Below are positions 1-4,671 of a stretch of DNA of 5,717 nt, one piece after another. Below the pieces are notes generated by a model that worked only from the letters and a program-made list of their open reading frames with translations, ran no database searches and was not told the origin of the DNA. The stretch is from the NCBI GenBank assembly GCA_028693335.1, contig JAQUVR010000045.1, positions 1 to 5,717 of the forward strand. The letters run 5' to 3'. The stretch's first letter is position 1. The number at the start of each line of letters is the position of its first letter. Origin of the DNA: Candidatus Iainarchaeum sp. Its GTDB lineage: Archaea; Iainarchaeota; Iainarchaeia; Iainarchaeales; CSSED10-239. Both the position numbers and the translations under genes were made by a program.

Positions 1-443
1 ATTTTAAAAGCAGATTTTTTACTTAAGAAATCATTGTTTATTTTTTGTAATTCTAAAACTTTTCTTGAAATTTCTTTTTTATCAAAGCTTTCGTGTTTAT
101 ATTTTATTTTTTTGTTATTTTCTGCTTCGTGATCAAAATTTGTTTTTACTGATATTTTTTTTGTGTTTTCTATACAATCATCAATTATTTTTTTATAGTT
201 TGAAATGTTGTTTGTGGAGCAAAACCCCATTTTTTTATTTTTAATAATTCTAATTCCAATCCCTATTGTTTCAATATTAGAAATTGTTTTTGTGTTTTTA
301 TTTTCTATTATTATTTTATTTGTTTTATTTTTCTCTAATCGCACATCAAAGTAATCTAAATTTTTTGTATTAAGATAATTTTTTACAAGATCTAAATTAT
401 TTTCTATTTCTTGTTGAGAATTTAGGTTATTTTTTTTAATCAT
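1..443 (-). CDS. Partial CDS (N-terminal 147 codons; continues past the left window edge); putative TldD/PmbA-family protein
   Basis: Manual reverse-complement translation from ATG (complement of 441-443) is open to position 1: MIKKNNLNSQQEIENNLDLVKNYLNTKNLDYFDVRLEKNKTNKIIIENKNTKTISNIETIGIGIRIIKNKKMGFCSTNNISNYKKIIDDCIENTKKISV... The pattern (Y-x-DVRLE, then an approx 25-aa strand region, then GIGIRxIKNxKxGFxSTNxxS) resembles the N-terminal domain of TldD/PmbA proteins as I recall it. Absent from the ORF track, presumably because it is edge-truncated. That it is coding is well supported. The family assignment comes from motif memory only. Confidence 0.6.
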   Translation of the reverse strand, partial: MIKKNNLNSQQEIENNLDLVKNYLNTKNLDYFDVRLEKNKTNKIIIENKNTKTISNIETIGIGIRIIKNKKMGFCSTNNISNYKKIIDDCIENTKKISVKTNFDHEAENNKKIKYKHESFDKKEISRKVLELQKINNDFLSKKSAFK

Positions 444-463
444 ATATATATAATAGGTAAATA

Positions 464-473
464 TCTTTTAAAA
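464..473 (-). promoter_or_regulatory. Candidate archaeal TATA-like element for the minus-strand gene (leaderless or near-leaderless transcript predicted)
   Basis: Perfect palindrome CTTTTAAAAG. Its A/T core (465-472) lies about 22-29 nt upstream of the ATG at 443, the usual TATA-to-TSS spacing in archaea. No GGTG/GGAGG-type Shine-Dalgarno lies between it and the ATG. In DNA this AT-rich, TATA-like strings occur by chance. Confidence 0.3.
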
Positions 474-528
474 GAGATTTGATGTTTTTTTAAAAATTAA
501 AAAAAGCTTTTTAAATATAACAACACAA

Positions 529-539
529 ATATATATAAT
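529..539 (+). promoter_or_regulatory. Candidate TATA-like element for the GtrA-family gene; alternative candidate TTTAAATA at 510-517
   Basis: ATATATATAAT lies 29-39 nt upstream of the ATG at 568, implying a very short leader, and no Shine-Dalgarno-like motif precedes 568. The same 11-mer ATATATATAAT also occurs at 444-454, abutting the divergent gene's start. TTTAAATA at 510-517, preceded by the purine-rich AAAAAGC, is a second candidate. Confidence 0.3.
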
Positions 540-567
540 TATTTTCAATTATAAATAAAGACTAGAT

Positions 568-1065
568 ATGACCAAACATTATTTTAATAAAAGTTTAATT
601 ACTTTAAAAAAGGAGTCTTTTATTTATAGGTTATATTATTATCTTGTAAGTTTTAAGCTTTTTTATGATCATAAGACATTCTTAAAATATATGGCATTAG
701 GAATTGTTGGGACAATTATTGATTTTGCTTTACTTTTTGCGCTAACAGATATTTTGGGTCTTTTTTATTTAATTTCTGGTGTTATTTCTATGATTTTTGG
801 ATTAAGTGTTAATTATCTCTTAAACCGAAAATACACTTTTAAATATAGCCCAAGAAGCAGATCAAAAGGAATAACAATCTACACAATGTATGTAATTATT
901 GCAATAACTAGTGTTTTTTTCACAACCGTTTTTTTATTCCTATTTGTTGAATTTTTAAATATGAATTACATGATTGGAAAAGCAGTGGCATCATTATTAA
1001 TGCTTTTATATAGATTTATTGGTCACAAAATATTGTTTACTTTAGCAGAAAAATATAATTATTGA
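568..1065 (+). CDS. GtrA-family integral membrane protein (polyisoprenol-linked sugar translocation family), 165 aa
   Basis: ORF-track protein. It has the GtrA-type layout: FLKYMALGIVGTIIDFALLFALTDILG (TM1), YLISGVISMIFGLSVNYLLNRKYTFK (TM2 plus the characteristic N-x-x-x-N-R-x-x-T-F motif), ITIYTMYVIIAITSVFFTTVFLFLFVEFL (TM3), and IGKAVASLLMLLYRFIGHKILF (TM4 with the second R-F/x-x-x-K-x-x-x-F motif). The ATG at 568 is the only in-frame ATG upstream of the conserved FLKY segment. About 35 residues precede the core, which is somewhat long for the family. Stop codon is TGA. Confidence 0.8.
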   Translation: MTKHYFNKSLITLKKESFIYRLYYYLVSFKLFYDHKTFLKYMALGIVGTIIDFALLFALTDILGLFYLISGVISMIFGLSVNYLLNRKYTFKYSPRSRSKGITIYTMYVIIAITSVFFTTVFLFLFVEFLNMNYMIGKAVASLLMLLYRFIGHKILFTLAEKYNY

Positions 1066-1111
1066 TTTCTTTACTATTTTTAATTTGTTTGTATCTATTA
1101 TTATATTATTT

Positions 1112-1116
1112 AGGTG
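1112..1116 (+). promoter_or_regulatory. Shine-Dalgarno-like ribosome binding site for the 705-aa gene
   Basis: AGGTG lies 7 nt upstream of the ATG at 1124 and is complementary to the conserved CACCU of the 16S rRNA 3' end. It is a rare G-rich pentamer in an otherwise A/T-only spacer. A TTTTTAAT string at 1077-1084 could be its own TATA box, so the gene may be transcribed independently or together with the GtrA gene. Confidence 0.5.
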
Positions 1117-1123
1117 TTAAATT

Positions 1124-3241
1124 ATGAGAAAAATAAATAAACTTTTTTTTGGATTTTTAATTGTCTTGGTCGTTGTTTTTTTAATTTTTGTTGCGGGAGT
1201 AAATGTAGATAATTATAAGGAAATTAATAATAAAGAATTACAGGATTTAACTGTTGGAAATATAAATCTTTCAAACGATTCTTCATTTATAAAAATTTCA
1301 AAAACAGATCTACTAAATATTCTAAAAGAAACAAATACTGGTAGTAATCAAGTATTATATTCTGGCAGATCTGAAGGGATTGCAAAAGTTGCAATGGATT
1401 CTGCACAATCAGCCCCATCGACTATGCCACTTTCAGAAAGTATAGATTATTCCGGCACTAATGTTCAAGTAAGTGGAGTTGATGAAGGAGATATTGTTAA
1501 AACAAATGGAAAAAAAATATTTATTGGTAGACAAAATGAATTAATTGTAATTAATAATGTTTCCCCCCCAATTAATGATGTTATAAATGTAGAAATTTCA
1601 AAAAATGATGAACTTTATTTTAATAATGAAACAATACAATCAATTTTAATTGATGAAAAAAATGAGCTTTTATATTTAATAACACAAAAATATTTTACAG
1701 AAACAAAGTTTGATAAAACACTATTGTTTCCACAAAGAATAGATATCCCTGTAACTGTAGTTTTTACATATGATATTAAAGACACAGAATTAAAAAAATT
1801 AAATCAATTAGAGATTGATGGTTATTATTATCAATCAAGATTTAAAGATGAAATTCTTTACATTATCACAAATAAAAACACATTTTCTTTTAATAATCCA
1901 ACAACAATCGATGATTTAGTCTTAAGACCAATAAAAGAAATTAAAAATAATTCAACATTTTATTTTGAATCTGATTTAATTATGCCTAAAGAACCTGGTG
2001 CTGAAAATAAAAGTATTTATTCAATTACCACCATTAAATATGATAACACAGATAATTCAGTAGTAGATAGTTTAGATATGCTTTTAGATTATTCAAATAC
2101 TGTTTATATGAGTCAAAATAATTTATATGTGGCATATAAAAAACAAATGATGATTCCTTGGTTCTATTACAGATTTGGAAATCAACAACCAAATATAGAT
2201 GTTTTTAAAGAAATATATCCAAAAGTTTATCCAAGAGAAATACAAGCACAGATAGAAAATAATCTTAGTGATAATGAAAAAATTATTGAAATTTTAAATG
2301 GTTATTTTGAAAGTTTAGATTCAAAGACACAAGAAAAACTATATCAAGAAATTCAAATAGAGGTTGATAAATACTATCAATCTCAAAGAAAAGAATATGA
2401 AAAAACATATATAAACAAAATAGAGTTAAGAGAAAATGGCAAATTAGGTGATATAACCACAGGAGAGGTATTTGGAAATTTATTAAATCAATTTTCATTA
2501 GATGAAGACAATGAAGGTTATTTAAGAGTTGCAATTACATATACTGGCGAGGATTATAAATCTTTAAATGGTGTTGTGATATTAGATTCTGATCTAGAAA
2601 AATATTCTGAGTTATTAGATCTAGCAAAAGATGAAAGGATATACAGTGTTAGATTTATGGGTGACAAAGTTTATCTTGTAACATTTAAGCAAATAGATCC
2701 ATTTTTTGTAATAGATCTAAAAAATAAAAAAAGTCCTGAGGTTCTTGGTTATTTAAAAATTCCAGGTTATAGTAATTATCTTCATCCAATCAATGATTAC
2801 TTGATTTTAGGTGTTGGACAAGACACAAAAGAATCAGAATGGGGTGGAGTAATAAACAGTGGAGTAAAGATTAGTTTATTTGATGTCTCAAATTATAGTG
2901 ATCCAAAAGAAGTTGCAACATATAAAGTGTTTTCTGAGAATTCTTATACTCCAATACAACAAGATCACAAGGCATTTTTATATATTAATAAAGAAAATTT
3001 AATTGTTATTCCGGTTTTAGATTATTATTATACAACCGGAAATAATAAAACTAATTTCTATTTATTAGAAGTAAATGAAAATGAAATTTTGGAAAGAGAA
3101 ATTATTGTTCATGAAAACAACATTGGTTATAATAATATTTTAAGATCTCTGTACATTGATAATGAATTATATACAATAAGTGATCGATTAATTAAAACAT
3201 ATAATTTTGATACAGAGACAGAGACTGAAAAAGAGATCTAA
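1124..3241 (+). CDS. N-terminally membrane-anchored or secreted beta-propeller domain protein (PF09826/COG4880-type family, function unknown), 705 aa
   Basis: N-terminus MRKINK followed by a 20-residue hydrophobic stretch LFFGFLIVLVVVFLIFVAGV (nt 1142-1201), i.e. a signal peptide or type II anchor. Family hallmark motifs: YSGTNVQVSGVDEGDIVKTNGKKIF (nt 1448-1510+), LLNQFSLDEDNEGYLRVA (2480-2533), RFMGDKVYLVTFKQIDPFFVIDLKNKKSPEVLGYLKIPGYSNYLHP (2651-2788), GVKISLFDVSN, and QQDHKAFLY. These match, nearly position for position, the consensus I recall for the secreted 'beta propeller' family (YSxTNVQVxGVDEADIVKTDG ... LNQFSMDEyxGyLRVATT ... RFxGDxAYxVTFxQxDPLFVIDLSDPxxPxxLGELKIPGFSxYLHP ... GxKxSLFDVSD ... 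DHKAFLF). Confidence 0.9.
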   Translation: MRKINKLFFGFLIVLVVVFLIFVAGVNVDNYKEINNKELQDLTVGNINLSNDSSFIKISKTDLLNILKETNTGSNQVLYSGRSEGIAKVAMDSAQSAPSTMPLSESIDYSGTNVQVSGVDEGDIVKTNGKKIFIGRQNELIVINNVSPPINDVINVEISKNDELYFNNETIQSILIDEKNELLYLITQKYFTETKFDKTLLFPQRIDIPVTVVFTYDIKDTELKKLNQLEIDGYYYQSRFKDEILYIITNKNTFSFNNPTTIDDLVLRPIKEIKNNSTFYFESDLIMPKEPGAENKSIYSITTIKYDNTDNSVVDSLDMLLDYSNTVYMSQNNLYVAYKKQMMIPWFYYRFGNQQPNIDVFKEIYPKVYPREIQAQIENNLSDNEKIIEILNGYFESLDSKTQEKLYQEIQIEVDKYYQSQRKEYEKTYINKIELRENGKLGDITTGEVFGNLLNQFSLDEDNEGYLRVAITYTGEDYKSLNGVVILDSDLEKYSELLDLAKDERIYSVRFMGDKVYLVTFKQIDPFFVIDLKNKKSPEVLGYLKIPGYSNYLHPINDYLILGVGQDTKESEWGGVINSGVKISLFDVSNYSDPKEVATYKVFSENSYTPIQQDHKAFLYINKENLIVIPVLDYYYTTGNNKTNFYLLEVNENEILEREIIVHENNIGYNNILRSLYIDNELYTISDRLIKTYNFDTETETEKEI
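1563..1569 (+). repeat. C7 homopolymer tract inside the beta-propeller CDS (codons S147-P148-P149)
   Basis: ttCCCCCCCa read directly. It is the longest G/C homopolymer I found in the window, in a sequence where G+C is mostly under 30%. Confidence 0.9.
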
Positions 3242-3260
3242 TTTCTTTTTTTCTTTTTCT
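3242..3260 (+). terminator. Oligo-T tract, candidate archaeal intrinsic terminator after the beta-propeller gene
   Basis: TTTCTTTTTTTCTTTTTCT starts immediately after the TAA stop (3239-3241) and contains T7 and T5 runs. Archaeal RNA polymerase terminates at oligo-T tracts without needing a hairpin. Confidence 0.5.
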
Positions 3261-3268
3261 CCATTAAC

Positions 3269-3276
3269 TTTATATA
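3269..3276 (+). promoter_or_regulatory. Candidate TATA box for the gatD-gatE transcription unit
   Basis: TTTATATA matches the archaeal TATA consensus TTTAWATA and lies 40 nt upstream of the gatD ATG (3316). That predicts a TSS near 3300 and a short leader containing TGTGAT (3305-3310), a partial match to the GGTGAT Shine-Dalgarno complement. Confidence 0.4.
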
Positions 3277-3315
3277 TTCTTTTTCTTATATTATATTTTA
3301 GAAATGTGATTATTT

Positions 3316-4659
3316 ATGAGTGTTTCTTTAAAAGATAAAGGCAAAATTATTACCATAAAAAAAAACAATGTTATTTACAAAGGCTATATTCTAAAAGTTA
3401 CAGACAATGAAGATAATCAAGAAGTCATTATTAAGCTTTTAGATAATGGGTATAATATTGGTGTTGTTATTGATAAAGAAACAACAATAGAGATCGGTTC
3501 TGAAAAGAAAAGTTTTGGAAAAAAGCATAAAATTGATTTAAAACAGAATGACGCTCTTCCACATGTTTGTTTAATTTCAACAGGTGGAACAATTGGGACT
3601 CATGTTGATTATAAAACTGGCGGGGTTAATATGTCTAGAACTCCTGAGGAAATATTGTCAACTGTTCCTGAATTATTAGATGTTATTAATATTAAAAAAA
3701 TTGAATCTGTTGCTATGAAAGGCAGTGAAGATTTAAGTTATAAAGACTGGCAAAATATTGCAAAAGTGGTTTATGCTCAATTGATTGATCCAGATATAAA
3801 AGGTATTATTATTTCTCATGGAACTGATACTTTAACATGGACAGGAACAGCACTTTCTTTTATGATTGAAAATATAAATAAACCAGTTCTTTTAGTTGGT
3901 GCTCAAAGATCTCCAGACAGAGCTAGTTTTGATGGTGCTATGAATCTAATTTGTGCAGCTCAATTTATTAAAGAAGGGATTGCTGGCGTGTATACTGTTA
4001 TGCATGGTTCAATGAATGATGATTTTTGTCACGTAATTAGATCTACAAAATGTAGAAAAATGCATACCTCTAGAAGAGATGCTTTTAGGGCGATTAATGA
4101 TTTTCCTATTGCAAAGATTTATTTAGATGGTAAGCTTGAATATTTAAAAGAAAAAAACACACTTAAAATCAACTCAAAAATAGATCCAAAAATAGATCTT
4201 TCTTTTTCAGATTCTGTAGCAATTTTAAAAGCATATCCAAATAGTGATCCAAAAATTATTGATTGGTATATTAAAAAAGGATATAAGGGTTTAATAATTG
4301 AAGGAACTGGACTTGGTCATTGTCCTACCGGAATGGGTGGAAAAGATAAATCTTTTGATAAAAATAAAAGTTGGATTCCACATATAAAAAAAGCAACCGA
4401 AAAAGGAATAATTGTTATTATGACCACACAATGTTTGTTTGGGCGAGTAAATGGCACTGTTTATGCCAATTTAAGATATGTTCAAGATGCTGGTGGTCAT
4501 TACCTTGATCAACACGATATGCTTTCTGAAGTAATTTATATTAAGCTTTCAATTGCTATTGAAAAGTTTAAAACAAAAGAAGAAATAATTAAATATCTTG
4601 AAAAGAATATTGCTGGAGAAATTTCAAAAAAAGAGATTTCTGAAAGTTTTGATTTTTAA
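3316..4659 (+). CDS. gatD: Glutamyl-tRNA(Gln) amidotransferase subunit D (asparaginase-like glutaminase subunit), 447 aa
   Basis: GatD-specific N-terminal domain (IIKLLDNGYNIGVVI) followed by an L-asparaginase-type fold. Catalytic signatures are intact: LISTGGTIGT (Thr motif, nt 3577-3591), ISHGTDTLTWT (nt 3817-3831), VLLVGAQRSPDRASFDG, RKMHTSRRDAFRAIN, and IIEGTGLGH ... IMTTQCLFGRVNGTVYA. The gene immediately precedes gatE. Confidence 0.95.
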   Translation: MSVSLKDKGKIITIKKNNVIYKGYILKVTDNEDNQEVIIKLLDNGYNIGVVIDKETTIEIGSEKKSFGKKHKIDLKQNDALPHVCLISTGGTIGTHVDYKTGGVNMSRTPEEILSTVPELLDVINIKKIESVAMKGSEDLSYKDWQNIAKVVYAQLIDPDIKGIIISHGTDTLTWTGTALSFMIENINKPVLLVGAQRSPDRASFDGAMNLICAAQFIKEGIAGVYTVMHGSMNDDFCHVIRSTKCRKMHTSRRDAFRAINDFPIAKIYLDGKLEYLKEKNTLKINSKIDPKIDLSFSDSVAILKAYPNSDPKIIDWYIKKGYKGLIIEGTGLGHCPTGMGGKDKSFDKNKSWIPHIKKATEKGIIVIMTTQCLFGRVNGTVYANLRYVQDAGGHYLDQHDMLSEVIYIKLSIAIEKFKTKEEIIKYLEKNIAGEISKKEISESFDF

Positions 4660-4671
4660 GGAATGATTTTA

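Noticed and set aside
691-693. Internal ATG (Met42) as an alternative, shorter start for the GtrA-family gene
   Set aside because: Starting here would remove the FLKY segment that aligns with the conserved basic/aromatic lead-in of GtrA TM1. No SD or TATA-like element is better placed for it than for 568.
1066-1090. T-rich stretch after the GtrA gene stop as a terminator
   Set aside because: It contains only a T5 run (1077-1081), which overlaps a possible TATA-like string for the next gene. It is too weak to separate from background, so co-transcription of the two genes is left open.
2283-2534. 83-aa minus-strand ORF from the track
   Set aside because: It lies entirely antisense within the well-supported beta-propeller CDS. 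Its product is low-complexity (L/F/I/H-rich) with no recognisable motif, start context or promoter. Long antisense open frames are expected opposite A-rich, stop-poor coding sequence in AT-rich genomes.
3207-3238. Short tandem ACAGAG repeat encoding the C-terminal DTETETEKEI tail of the propeller protein
   Set aside because: There are only two clean repeat units. An acidic Thr/Glu tail could be a linker or an O-glycosylation site, but it is too short to call a repeat feature or a sorting signal with any support.
3357-3365. A9 run in gatD (and A7-A8 runs at about 1508 and 2727) as possible programmed frameshift or phase-variation sites
   Set aside because: Poly-A runs encoding Lys/Asn are ubiquitous in genomes this AT-rich. 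This one lies in an essential housekeeping gene with an intact frame on both sides. Nothing distinguishes it from background, unlike the compositionally anomalous C7 tract.
4663-4665. Alternative in-frame gatE start (ATG ATT TTA ATG...), three codons upstream of 4672
   Set aside because: The AGGA Shine-Dalgarno-like motif (4659-4662) abuts this ATG with zero spacing but sits 9 nt from the ATG at 4672. I therefore annotate 4672. The upstream start cannot be excluded without N-terminal data.
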